DNA of 63,854 bases, counting the filler, from Mustelus asterias (taxonomy: Eukaryota): NCBI RefSeq assembly GCF_964213995.1. It is 5 parts of 5 records of this genome, joined end to end, with 100 filler letters (N's around TTAATTAATTAA, not from the genome) between each part and the next. Parts side by side here need not be neighbours in the genome. Positions count along the whole stretch, not along the records: positions 1 to 22,607 come from NW_027590904.1; positions 22,708 to 50,756 come from NC_135808.1; 3 more parts are not named here. One strand, 5' to 3'. Below the pieces are notes generated by a model. That model was not told the DNA's origin, ran no database searches, and saw only the letters and a program-made list of their open reading frames with translations. Below are positions 13,076-25,954 of this stretch, one piece after another. The translations under genes and the position numbers were made by a program. The stretch's first letter is position 1, and the number at the start of each line of letters is the position of its first letter.

Positions 13076-13113
13076 CACAGTGCTGAGCATAGCGACATCC
13101 TCATACAAAAACC
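13076..13113 (+). promoter_or_regulatory. Recombination signal sequence, 22-bp spacer
   Basis: Perfect CACAGTG (13076-13082) + 22 nt + perfect ACAAAAACC (13105-13113). Confidence 0.95.
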
Positions 13114-13423
13114 TCAGAGGAAAGACTTTGCTTAAATATGTGATCAGTGCCACTGCCGAATGCTAAACAGAATGAGGAATAGACAAAATAATAGGTAGAA
13201 GCAGCATTGTTTTTTAAAAGATATAAAATACTTCAACTTTATTGTTATTGATTTACATGCTGAATGTGCACGGAGAGTGTAAAAGTTTCTAATCCCCTTT
13301 ATCAATCTCATGACCAGTAAAAATTGAAATATCTCACTGACTCACTCTTAAACGACATTGAAACAGGCTTTTGAAATAGCAGTGAAATGACCTATCTGCA
13401 TTTTACAGTTAACAGTCTGCCGC

Positions 13424-13491
13424 AGTATTTGTCATGCTGTGTCTCACTGTGATAACTGGGTGGCACAACATTTACTGTCAATGCAAAAACC
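13424..13491 (+). other. IGHD: IgH D segment (D2, ATAACTGGGTGG, 13452-13463) flanked by 12/12 RSSs
   Basis: AGTATTTGT-12-CACTGTG on the 5' side; CACAACA-12-GCAAAAACC on the 3' side. Confidence 0.9.
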
Positions 13492-13815
13492 CCTCAGCAC
13501 TAATTGATTGAGGCTGGATCAGTGTCACTTTTAAATTCCAACTTTAATCACAATACAGTATTATTTATGTCCAGCACTGACCACATGATAAGAATGAAAA
13601 TGGAAAATCTGATAATTACTCAGTTATCAGTTGGTGTTTTCAATAACATGTTCCTGTATTCCTCTGTGAAGTATAAAATATTAGGGTCAGTTATGAATGG
13701 AGAATAGTATCCAGAAATACAATTATAATTTAATGAACATTAATTGACTTTGCTTTTCCTCTGGTTTGTGAATATTTAAAATAATGGTGATTTTGTATCT
13801 ATTTTGTGCAGGGAC

Positions 13816-13854
13816 GGTTATTGTACGACACAGCCCAGGGAATGTGACACTGTG
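13816..13854 (+). promoter_or_regulatory. JH 5' RSS, 23-bp spacer
   Basis: GGTTATTGT (13816-13824) + 23 nt + CACTGTG (13848-13854). Confidence 0.92.
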
Positions 13855-13902
13855 ACTACTTCGACTACTGGGGACAAGGTACCATGGTGACGGTGACTGC
13901 AG
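13855..13902 (+). CDS. IGHJ: IgH J segment YFDYWGQGTMVTVTA
   Basis: WGxG motif, phase-1 donor G|GTAAGA. Confidence 0.96.
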
Positions 13903-14449
13903 GTAAGAGCAATGCACTTATTGAATAATTGGTTTACATGTGTCTTTGTTTTATATTTTTGTCTATACTAAACATCCATTTGTTTACTTAAATGTGGGTT
14001 TGGTGGATTGAGAATTTTTACAATGTTTCCTGTGATTCTGCTGCAAAGGGGTTCTAGAATTCTGCTGTTTCTTGACAATCGGTGCTGCTGAGGGATTCAA
14101 TCCCTAATTATTGTGATTTTGTGTTTATCTTTTGAGGCTACTGTGTGGCTGGGTTACTTTAAAAGCCTGACGTCTGTTAAACAATTCAGCGTTTCGGTCA
14201 TGTTTAATCTCGGTGACATCTAGTGGCTGCGGGTTGTACCATCTACTGCACAAGTGTTTGAAATCTAAGCCTATATTTTTAAAAAGTTCTAAAATGTCTA
14301 TATTAATCCAGTGAACATGTTCCACTCACTAGCAGTGCTGGTGATGCTAGGCAATATTTCTGCTTATTTTAAACATTAATTACTTTGGTGATGGGCGGAT
14401 TGGCTGGAATTTATATTAAAAATTTCTGTCAATGTTACATTTGAATCTG

Positions 14450-17400
14450 TTGAAAGTGTTTGTAGAATTGAGCTGCTTCTGCAGGAAGCGGGGTTCAGCT
14501 TCTCAGTGATGCGTTTTTTCTGGTGAGGAGATTATGTATCTGGATGACTTTAAATAAGTAAAGTTTGTGAAATAGTTGGGTGTTTCTGCATTGTTTCTGC
14601 ATTGCTTAAACCCTCGGTGAGACTGAGCTGTTACACGCTTTGTGATTGAATACGAACAGTCTGCGGGTTTGCAACTGCTTGACGCATGACTACAGGCAGA
14701 AATCAGGCAGGCTTTATTCTGTTTGTATTTTTAAAATCTTAAGTGATAATTGCAGGTTCAACTAAAGTACGGTTTATGCCACTCGTTCAGAACATAGTTT
14801 GTCACTGCATTCGCAATTTGGGGTACCTGCAATGCTAAATCTCGGAGACGTTTGATGGCTGGAGCTTTTACCATCCAAATGTTTAAATATGTTTGATACA
14901 TGACCCAATATGAATTAAATGTGATAAAGTTTCAATACTAATTTGTTGGACACATTCCACCACCTCGCAATGCTATTGCTATTGTACTAGATTTCTGTTC
15001 AGTTTAATAGTTGGTTAAGAGCTCGTTTGCTAGATTCGACATTGAGATTTTCTTGCAATGTTCTGTTGAATGGATAATTGAGCTGCTTCTCCGTGAAATG
15101 GATTCATTCCCTCATGGATGTGTTTTCGTGTGTTTCTGTTGAGGAGACTCTGGTTCGGCCACTATGAATGTTTAAAATTTGTGAAATGGTTTGGTGTTTC
15201 GGCATTATTTCTGCATTGTTTTAGCTCGGTGGCACTGAGTGGTTAGACGTTTTCTGGTTGAATGCAAACAATCTTTGAGTTTGAAAATCCTTGGAGGGAG
15301 AAAACGAGCAGGTTTTGGAAAGAAACTAAAATAAAGATATCACAGCATTTTTATAAATGTTAACTAATGCTGACAAATTAAAGTAACCTTTCGACTTTTA
15401 TCGAAAAATCATGACTTACAATGCTCATTCGGAAACTAAGTCGTTGCTGCAAACACAAACTTCTCATTAACAAGTTTAATTGCAAAGTTAATATAAACCA
15501 AACAATTATTAATCGGTAATATAACTCCATATTCACCTAAGATTATTTTATATTAATATAATTTAGCATTAATCCCCTTTAATAGTTCTGTTGTGCTTTT
15601 CACTAACATGACCAGAAAATTTTCCAGACTGGAAATATTTATTGATAATTCCAGAAATGACTTCAATGATAACATGCTGTTTCCACCGCAGCGCTCAATT
15701 CAACAAGATACTTTGCATTAATCGTTATATCCCAGATTAGTTCGCATTCACTGGAATACGTGTTTTGCACAATAAGACGTTTCTTTTTGGCAATTTTGGT
15801 ATCCGATTTTTACATTTTTTTTCAGTGAAGTCGCAACCAGATTATTTCTTCCAACTAATTTGTCATTGGATACCGAGATAATTAATTACTAATCTCATCT
15901 AAAAAATTGTGAAATGGTTTGGTGTTTCTCAATTGTTTTTGTATTGTTTCAACTCATTAATACTGAGCAGTTACACGTTTTCTGGCTAAATGAAAATTCT
16001 TGTCGGGATAAAGCAAACAGGTTTCGGAAAATTAAAATAAATATATGTTAGGGCATTTTATTCATGTTAACTGATGCTTACATATTAATATACATCATGA
16101 ATTACATACTGTGTCACTGTATCTCTCTCAGGGACATTACACTACCCTGAATCTGTTATATTTGAGGTGCTCTTTTTCGGAAAAAATACATTTTTGCCCA
16201 GTTTTCGGGATTTGAGACAGACAGGGAGAGATAGTTAAAAGACGATGGGAGTTTTGAAAGGAACGTCAGGTTAATTTAAAATTTTTCATTTTTGTTGTTG
16301 TTGTAATTTTACCTTTGATCAATTAGATTCAAACAGTTTGAATACATTTGACAGCGTGAACAGAGTTTTCTGACAGGTGGAATTCGCTGACACTCAAGCA
16401 ATTGTTCACATAATTGTGTTTAAATTGTAGTAAAGTGTCAACAGAAACTGGCTAGAAATTGACAAGTAAATACTTGAAATTCAAAAAGATTAATTTATAT
16501 AAAAATATTATAATATCATAAATATTATAAAGATAATATTAGCTCTGCACTTAATAATAGCATAATGTCTCCCATTACTGCTGAACTCAGGCTAGAATTA
16601 TGGGACGAATAAATGACAGAATAGAAGAATTGATTCTATCTGAACCTGATGTTTAATTCTTATTAAATATTATAATGAAGAAAAAGTCTGGACTTATATT
16701 CTGCACCATGTTTTAGTGTTAGAGGAGATTTGAATCAATTGTCCTCTTTGTGTTTGCACTGTTTAATTCAGATCTTCTTTAATTAAACAATATGTTCACT
16801 AATTAAGTTATATGGATGGTCTAAATTACTAAATCGAGGAAGCAGTATTATTGATTTCAAACTGCCAGTCCGTTACAGTCTATACAAATTCAGAAGTACG
16901 CATTTTTAACACGTTTCTCTGTTACAATAAGACATTGGTAGTAAACGTGAAAAGTAAAATATTACAATGTGATTAGATTTAAGTAAATGAATGACAGATG
17001 TCTGAATGTTTTCATTCAGTAATTTGAAATTATTGTTTAACATTGTCTAAGACTTAATTGTAACCTAATTATTTAACAATGTTAAAGGCAGAAGCACGTT
17101 TTGAATGATTGAAAACTCATTTTATTAGAGCGCAAATCAGCTGACAGGAGAATTAACTGACAATTAACAATAACTTAAAATATAATATTGATGCTGATTA
17201 ATTTAAAACAAAAGAACCTGAATACTGTACAGGCGTGCAAAATACAATTAGTTTTAGAGAATATTTAATTGTATCGAAAATGAATTCAGAAACAAAACAT
17301 TTCTTTACTCAGCTATGCTCAGCTCGATAAAGTGTTTTGCCTTGCTTATTTTGTTCACTCTATTTAATTAAGAAATTAACTCGAATCAGATAATGATTTT

Positions 17401-17700
17401 CAATGTAAATGTTTCCCGATTTGTTTAATTCTGACTGTGTCACTGCATCTCTGTTAGGGACATTGAACTGTCCTGAACCTGTTATTTTTGATGGCTCATT
17501 TTCAGCAAAATTACATTTTTACATAGTTTTCGAGAAGTGAGACAGAGAAATAATTAAAAGTCGAAAGGAGTTCTGAAATGAATATCAGTTTAATTTAAAA
17601 TAGGTTATTGATTTTCTGTTGTTGTAAGTTGACCATTGATCAATTAGAATCCAACAATTTGAATGAAATTGACAGATTGAACAGATCTATCTGCTGGGCA
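14450..17700. repeat. Degenerate long direct repeats in the AT-rich post-JH intron
   Basis: Unit A (TTGTGAAAT.GTT.GGTGTTTC..ACTGAG..GTTA.ACG) at ~14460-14680, ~15070-15330 and ~15905-16080; unit B (ACTGTGTCACTG.ATCTCT..AGGGACATT...TTGATCAATTAGA) at ~16108-16365 and ~17434-17690. Confidence 0.8.
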
Positions 17701-18199
17701 CTCGATTGTTGCACCGTTTATGTCTGTTCTGTTTCTGTGCGCGTGGTCACTGTGTTGGCACCAAGAATCTGCCTGACTGGTTATAAACCTTTTGGTTCCT
17801 TCCCCTGTATTTCAGGGAGTGAAAATTGATTTATTTCTTCAATAAACTTGTACCTGTGAGAAACGTGACAGGTTGACTTGATGTTTGACTCGGCGTCTCA
17901 GAAATGAGATCCCTGAAGCACATTGTGACAGTCAGAGAGAGCAGAAACGTCAGGCTGTAGAAAGAGATTTGGTTGATTTTTAACCAGTGATATACCGGCT
18001 TTGGGAACTTTGGATGAGCAAATGCAAAGGGAGGTTTACTGTATTGTATTCTATACTATAGCAGTCCCTGACCTGTTTAGTAGAACAGTTGCAGGGTCAA
18101 ATTCGTTTGCATCTTATTCTTAATTTCTAAAGGCAATTTAGAGTCGCTTGCAAAGCAAGAATTTTAAATATGTCCCTACATAATTGTTCCTTGGGAAAG

Positions 18200-18620
18200 A
18201 ATTGATATTAAGTATCCTTGAATAACTGCAGTGCATATGCTGCAGGCATCCGCCGTGCTGTTAGGCAGGATGTTCCAGGATTTTGACCCAGCGACTGTGA
18301 AGGAACTGAGATATTGTTTCAAGTCAAGATGGTGTGTGTCTTGTAGGGGAGCTTGCAGGTGGTAGTGTTCATGTGTGGCTGCTGCCCTTGTCCTGTTAGG
18401 ATGTAAAGGCAGCGGGTTTGGGCAGTGTTTTCTCTGGAGTCTTGGTGAGTTGCTGCAGTGCATCTTGTATAAAATACACACTGCTGTCACTGCTTGTTAG
18501 TGATAGAGAGAGTGAATAGGGTGAATGAGGGGGCGGGTAATCTTGTGGGTGGCTTTGTCCTGGATTGTGTCAAATTTCTTGAGTTTTTACAAGTTTCGCT
18601 CATTGAGGAAAGAGGAAATT
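18200..18620 (-). mobile_element. Degenerate CR1/L2-like LINE 3' fragment
   Basis: Minus-strand ...SFTVAGSKSWNILPNS; related fragment at ~8760-8930. Confidence 0.55.
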
Positions 18621-18782
18621 ATTCAATTGTGACTGACTTGTGAAAGATTTAAATGTTTTTCCAACCCTTGGCCTGAGGTCCGTATTGTGCTCACTTGTCA
18701 CTCCCATTTACTGTGTGAGTGGGTGAGTGTGTATGTGAAGTGAGGGTGTTTTTCCAGTCTGAATCAGCCAGATAGAGACTTG

Positions 18783-20680
18783 CACACATCACACACTCTC
18801 ACACACATAAATACACACATACACATTCTCATAGTCTCTCACACATGCCCACATACATATTCACACTTACTTTCTCTCTCATCCGATCTCTCTCACACGC
18901 CCATACACATTCTCTCTCTCACATAAACTCTCTCAAATACAAATACATACATACTCTCGCTCTCTCAATCAGTCTCTCATACCACCATACACAAAAGCAC
19001 TCACACGCACACCCCCGACACACATTCTCTCTTACGCACAGCCACACACTCTCACATAAGCACAGTCTCACACTCTCGCATACGCACTCTCACATGCATT
19101 CTCTCTCCCACACTCTGTCACACACGCTCAAGCTGTCTCACATTTATTCACACACGCTCTCACAATTCCTCTTGCACACACGCATCTCTCTCTCTCTCTC
19201 AAGCACACGCATATATTTCTATATCTCTTGCACACACTATCTCACACCTGTACATTCTTGCTCTCACACACTGGCTCTCTCACAAACACTCTCTCACAAG
19301 CAAAGACTCACGCACGCACTCTAACACACACTCTTCCGCACAGACACAGTCTCTCACATAAGCACAGTCTCGCGCACACATTTTCCCTCACACACACACA
19401 CATGCACTATCCCTCTCACATTCCCTCTTCCGTGCTCTCACTCCATCTCACACTCATTTGCATGCTCGCTCTCTCTCTCATACGGACACTTGCACACGCA
19501 TTCTCTCACACAGGCACATTTTTCTCTCTCTTTCACACGCTCACTCCCTTACACATTGTCTCACACACGCACAATCTCGCTCTCAAACTCTGTATCTCAC
19601 AAACACCCTCTCTCTCTCACACGCACACAGTCTCTCCGTCTCTCACACATGAACACACATGTATACACAATGTATCTCTCTTAAACACGCCACTTATCAC
19701 AGACACATGTTCTCGCAACCGTTATTTCACTCACACACACTCACGCATCCACTCTGTCTAATGTTCACAGTTTTTCTCACTCACACACACTCTCCCCGCC
19801 CCTCCACGCACGCACACGCACACACATATACTTTGAAGAACAGAAAAATACTCTCACACACATAAAAAATAACTCTTGAAACACACACTGTCTCTCGCAC
19901 ACACGCATTCTCTATCTCACATATCCTTTCTCTCACGCGCACTCTCTCCTCTTGTACACACAGACCACTTTCTCAAACACGTGCAAAACACTCATGTGTC
20001 TGACACTCTAACACACATAAACCATACACAACGTCTCTCTCGCACAAAAATTCTCTCTCTCTGTCTCACATACGCACACACACACACACACACACAGACA
20101 CACAGACACACGCACACACACACACACACTCAAACACATTGCTTCTATCACCCACACACATTGCGCATATCTTTCTCACTCACACACAATCCCATGCACA
20201 CTTTCACACACTCATGAACATATTAATTTGCTTTCCAATAGGCACTCCCTCTCACACACACTGTCTTTCACATGAACACAACACTCTCTCCCACACACAC
20301 ACACACACCCTCCCTCAAGCACACACACTATCTTTCATAGATACCGTGTATCTCATATAGACACACTCCTTTTCACATAAACACACACTCAATCACACAC
20401 CGAAGTACTCTCTCACACAGACTGCCCACACACACTCTTTCAAGAAGAGACACACTCTCACACACCAAGAATAACTTTCCAATCACACATTCTCTCTCTC
20501 ACACACGTTATCTCACACACCCTTTCTCTCACGCACACTCTCCCCTCTTGCACACACAGCCCACTGTATCACACACGTGCAAACACAGTCTATCACACAC
20601 AGGCACCCTCACACATACATCCACCCTCTCTCTCTCTCTCACACATCCAAACACCCTCACACACTTTCCATCTCACATAG
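18783..20680. repeat. CA/CT-rich low-complexity tract
   Basis: Imperfect (CA)n/(CT)n mosaic; source of the His/Thr/Ser/Leu ORFs. Confidence 0.9.
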
Positions 20681-20704
20681 TCAGAGTGATTGTCCTTGAC
20701 ATCA

Positions 20705-21012
20705 TAAATAGAAGCATAGGATCCTACAGTGCAGAAGGGGGCCATTCAGCCCATCGAGTCTGCACCAACAGCAATCCCACCAAAGCCCTATCCACATAAC
20801 CACATGTATTTACCCTAACTAGTCCCTCTGACACTAAGGGGCAATTTAGCACGGCCAATCCATCGAACCCGCACATCTTTGGAATGTGGGAGGAAACAGG
20901 AGCACCCGAAGGAAACCCAAACAGACACGGGGTGAACTTGCAAACTCCACACAGACAATGAGCCAAGTCGGGAATCGAACTGTGAGGCAGCAGTGCTAAT
21001 CACCGTGCCACC
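20705..21012 (-). mobile_element. HE1-like SINE, tail type A
   Basis: Reverse-strand head ...GCAGCAGTGCTAATCACCGTGCCACC and CR1-like tail. Confidence 0.85.
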
Positions 21013-21604
21013 CCCCGCCCCCCAACCCCCCGGTAGCATTTGAATGAGGATGGGATCGAGGAGCCCGAGTAAAACTCAAGTCAGTAAGAATCGGCGGGAA
21101 ATTCTTCTCTGTTCGGAGTCATACTTAGCACAAAGCAAGATGGTGTTGGTTGTTGGAGGTCAAACATCTAAGTTCAGATTTCACTGCAAAAGTTCGGCAG
21201 GGGATTGTCCTGGGACCAACAATCTTCTACTGCTTCATCAAAGACATTCCATCCAACATGAGGTCAGAAGTAGAGATTTCCATGTGTTACACCGGACAGA
21301 AAGACACAATAAGTAAGAAGGGACTTGGCTGAGACCAAGGCCGCCTGGCTCCCCAATACTGGTGTAAACTTGCTGTTTGATTCCTGTGCGACCCATTCTG
21401 GTTTCGCTGTAAGCTTCCCTTCCAGCTCCCTCAGTCTGTCTATTTGTTAACTGATACGTGTTTCTTAAAGAAAGGCACCGACATTAAAGCAGCTGCCCGG
21501 TGATCTACACTGCTGCCTGACTTTACACAGCCCTGTTACAGAAAGCTGATCAATGTAGACAATCGGGAAAAGATCGATGGAGAGGAAGAGGAGGACGTGG
21601 CCCA

Positions 21605-22607
21605 CTGACTCTCTCACCCCCGCCCACACTTCCTCACTCACCCTCAATCTCTCATCCTCACTCAAAGAACTTCACTCACTCACCCTCACTTACCCAACTT
21701 CCCTCGCTGACACACTCTCACTCACTCATCCCCACTCACTCATCCCCACTCACTCTCCCTTGCTCACTCATCCAACCTAACACCCTCACACACACCCTCA
21801 CACACTCACCTTCACACACTCAACCTCACACACTGAGCCTCACACACTCAACCTCACACACTCAACCTCACGTACTCACCCTCACACACTCACCCTCAGA
21901 AACTCACTGATCCTCATTCACCCTGAGTCACTCACCCTCACACCCTCACTCACTCACAATCACTCACAAACATTCGCTCACTCACTCTCACCCATCCTCA
22001 CTCACTCACCCACACTCACTCACACACCCTCACTCAACCTCACTCATTCAACCTCAATCACACATCCTGAATCACTCATCCTCACACCCTCACTTACTCA
22101 CTCACATTCACTCACCCTCATTCACTCACTCTCACACCCTCACTCACCCACCCGCATTCACTCACTCGCACTCACTCACCCTCAGACACCCTCATTTACT
22201 CACCCTCATTCACGCACTGTCAGTCAGCCACCCACCCACACTCACACCATCACACACTCAACCTCACTCACTGACCCTCAGTCACTCACTCAGAGCCTCA
22301 GTCACTCACCAACACCCATACTCACCCTCATTCACTCACCCTACTTACCCATCCTCACTCACACAGTCTCACTCACTCTCACTCACTCACCGCACTTACC
22401 CACCCTCACTCATCCAGTCTCACTCACTCTCACTCACCCTCACTCACTCTCCCCACTTACCGACCCTCACTCACCCAGACTCACCCCCACACACTCAAGC
22501 TCAATCATCCTCTCTCTTTCACTTACGCCACCTGACCCATTCAAACTCACTCAGACTCACGCACCGACATTCACTCACACACCCTCACGTACTCACCATC
22601 ACTCAAC
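21605..22607. repeat. CACT/CACCCT-rich degenerate microsatellite running into the gap
   Basis: CACTCACCCT-type units. Confidence 0.9.
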
Positions 22608-22707
22608 NNNNNNNNNNNNNNNNNNNNNNNNNNNNNNNNNNNNNNNNNNNNTTAATTAATTAANNNNNNNNNNNNNNNNNNNNNNNNNNNNNNNNNNNNN
22701 NNNNNNN
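22608..22707. other. Artificial 100-bp contig spacer
   Basis: 44N + TTAATTAATTAA + 44N; identical at all four gaps. Confidence 0.97.
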
Positions 22708-22964
22708 CTCAACACACACGCACACACAGACACACACACTCACACGCACAATGAATCATTTATCGCATCTTCCCAAATTGATTCATTGTCCCTGCTATTT
22801 AGTTTTAAACCCTCTTTACTTCCCCAGTTATGTGGCCCGTGAGAACACCAGTCTCAGCATGGTTTGCGTGTAGACCATCCTAACAGTGCAGCTCTGTATT
22901 GGGTACCAGTGTCCCAGGAACCGGAGCCCACTTCCCTCACACCAGTCTCCAGGTCCCTCGGATT

Positions 22965-23610
22965 TCATAGAATAGATTCCCTCCAGAGCAGAAAGAGGCC
23001 ATTCAGCCCATCGAGCCTGTACCGGCAATATTCCCACCCTGCCCCTATCCCTGTCACCCCACGTATTTAACCCGATAATCCCCCTGACACTAAGGGGCAA
23101 TTTAGCATGGCCAATCCGCCTAACCTGCACATCTTTGGCGTGTGGGAGGAAGCCGGAGCACCCAGAGAAACCCACGCAGAGACGGGGAGAACGTGCAAAC
23201 TCCACACCGATGGTCACCCAATGTTGGAATCGAACCTGGGTCCCTGAGGCAGGAGGGTTAACAATTGTGCCGCCCGGAAGAGACCGGGAATTGGTGAATT
23301 CTGGGAATGGCAGGCAAATTCTTTTAACCTCACAGCACCAGGGAGCTGGGTCCAATTCCAGCCTTGCATCTGGAATTGTGTGGAGTTTGCACGTTCTCCC
23401 CTTGCCTGCGTGGGTTTCCTCCGGGTGCTCCGGTTTCCTCTCACAGTCCGAAGATGGGCAGGTTAGGTGGATTAGCCATGCTAAATTGCCCCTGAGCAGC
23501 CAAAGTTATGGAGGTAAGGTGGGTTCGGGGGATTGGGAAGGCGGGGAGTTGTGTGGGCCTGGGTAAGATGCTGAGTCAGTGCAGACTCGATGGGCCGAGT
23601 GGCCCCCAAT
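22965..23610. mobile_element. Two divergently oriented HE1-like SINEs (- 22965-23275; + 23325-23610)
   Basis: SINE core GGGTTTCCTCCGGGTGCTCCGGTTTCCTC on opposite strands. Confidence 0.8.
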
Positions 23611-24099
23611 GATTCAATATGATCACAGAGTAGCTGGGCAAATGGGTTCAGAGCTGAGAAAGGCTCTGAGAGAAAGGAGAAAGGTCTTTCAATTTTAATC
23701 GCACTGTCATACAGCCTCCATTTTCAAACCCATCCATATTGTATCCTGACCTTGAACACTGTCTCCTCATCCGCCTCAGTCTCGACTGCACCTGTTTGCT
23801 CGTTGTCCTCCCGTATCTTTATTTCTGCTGGAATAGCATTGGGCTTAAATATTAAAATATTAATATTAAATATTAAATGTATGGGCACAAAAACAGACCA
23901 TTCGGCCCAACCGGTGTTTACCCTCCACTTGAGCCTCCATCTTGCTTGAACTAATTCTGTCATCATAACCTTAGAAGTCATAGGCCGGAACTTCACTGCC
24001 TCGCTGGCCCGAGGCTCGTAACATCCCACCCGAGGCCAACGGAGAATGCCGCTCAGCGAGCCTCGACTCCGGGTCGGGCGCGCCGGTAAAATTCCAGCC

Positions 24100-24432
24100 A
24101 TAGAATCCCTACAGTGCACAAGAAGGCCATTTGGCCCATCGTGTCTGCACTGGCCCTCTGACAGAGCATCCCACCCATACCTTCTCCCCGTAACCCCATG
24201 TGTTTACCCCGTTAATTCCCTTAACCAACACATCTTGGGACACTGAGGAGTGATTTTGCATGGCCAATCCACCTAACCTGCACATTTTTGGACTGTGGGA
24301 GAAAATCGGAGGAGACTCAGGCAGACACAGGGAGAAACATGCAAACTCCACACAGACAGCAAGGCTGGAATTGAGCCCGGGTCCCTGGCGCTATGAGGCA
24401 GCAGTGCTAACCACTGTGCCACCGTGCCGCCC
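24100..24432 (-). mobile_element. HE1-like SINE
   Basis: Ends GCAGTGCTAACCACTGTGCCACCGTGCCGCCC. Confidence 0.85.
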
Positions 24433-24848
24433 CAAATTCATTTGCTCCTCATATAATTATCTAGCTTTCCCTTAAGAGTATTCTTCAGTTTGTTATCCCC
24501 CGCCAGGGTGTCTCTCCCCCAACCCCCCACCCCAGGGTGCCTCTCCCCCAACCCCCCACCCCAGGGTGTCTCCCCCCCCAGTGTATTTTCCCTCACATTA
24601 GCTTGCCTCAGGATTTCACCTGACTAGTTACTTCAGAATGTCAGTGCTCAGAATTCCCAACTTCAGGACATCACACCTCAGATTTTCCCTCTTCAGACAG
24701 CCACACATCAGGATGTTGTGTCTCGTATTGTCATTTCTTTGGATGCTTCTCCTCAGGTTGCCTCAGTGTCACTGCTTAGGGTGTTACAAAATACTTCTCA
24801 ATGGAATTGATGTTGGAGGGACTCCCCTCAGCTGTTATCTCACTTCAG

Positions 24849-25492
24849 GCGTGGCACAGTGGTTAGCACTGCTGCCTCACAGCGCCAGGGAACGGGGTTC
24901 GATTCCCGGCTTGGGTCACTGTCTGTGTGGAGTTTGCACATTCTCCTCGTGTCTGCGTGGGTTTCCCTCCGGGTGCTCCGGTTTCCTCCCACAGTCCAAA
25001 AGACGTGCTGGTTAGGTGCATTGGCCATGCTGAATTCTCCCTCAGTGTACCCGAACAGGCGCCGGAGTGTGGCGACTAGGGGATTTTCACATGATCTTAG
25101 AACATAGAACATAGAACAGTACAGCACAGAACAGGCCCTTCGGCCCACGATGTTGTTCCGAGCTTTATCTGAAACCAAGATCAAGCTATCCCACTCCCTA
25201 TCATCCTGGTGTGCTCCATGTGCCTATCCAATAACCGCTTAAATGTTCCTAAAGTGTCTGACTCCACTATCACTGCAGGCAGTCCATTCCACACCCCAAC
25301 CACTCTCTGCGTAAATAACCTACCTCTGATATCCTTCCTATATCTCCCACCATGAACCCTATAGTTATGTCCCCTTGTAATAGCTCCATCCACCCGAGGA
25401 AATAGTCTTTGAACGTTAAATAGTCTTTGAACGTTTAAAATCTTCATTGCAGTGTTAATGTAAGCCTACTTGTGACTAATAAATAAACTTCA
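24849..25492 (+). mobile_element. HE1-like SINE (tail B) with a minus-strand CR1 3' fragment nested at ~25097-25437
   Basis: SINE tail split at GGATTTTCACA|...|CTTCATTGCAG; the insert encodes ...TRGHNYRVHGGRYRKDIRGRLFTQRVVGVWNGLP (CR1 RT end). Confidence 0.85.
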
Positions 25493-25954
25493 GTTTACTT
25501 TACTTAACTTATCCATGCATCACTCCTCCACGCAGCACTCCTCCATGCATTATGGATGCCTTAAACTGTTATACTTCAGCGTGACTCAAGTGTTACCCCT
25601 CAGGGTCTGACAAAATGTTGTTCCTTGCGGGGGACGTCCCTCAAATTGTCGTACTTCAAGATCTCCCAGAGTGTCTCACCACTGGGTGTTCAGTGTCAGA
25701 GACTCTCTCCTCAGTTGGTGCCTAATATTCGGATGTCACGCCTCAGGTTCTTGCAAAATATGGAAAGGGTTGGGGATAGCACGATGGGGGATTTCTTTCG
25801 AAGGGACATCAGACTGTCGCACACCAGGATGTCTCAAAGTATCTCACCTTGAGATCTCTCAGAATGCTGTTGCCTCTCACTGTCCCTCAGAGTATCACAC
25901 TTCAGGGTGCTAATTGTCATAGGGTGCTTCCTCACAAAGTCATCCGAGTCAACC

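Noticed and set aside
17715-17754. Extra RSS (CGTTTATGT-24-CACTGTG) suggesting a second J or D
   Set aside because: Weak nonamer, 24-bp spacer, no WGxG segment or second RSS downstream
18845-20799. His/Thr-rich ORFs
   Set aside because: Translations of CA/CT low-complexity sequence
13903-22607. IgM/IgW constant exons
   Set aside because: No C1-set Cys/Trp pattern with splice sites recognised by eye or in the ORF track; a decayed exon could have been missed
22608-22707. TTAATTAATTAA motif inside N runs as a biological element
   Set aside because: Identical 44N-12-44N construct at all four gaps, with stop codons in all six frames; an artificial linker
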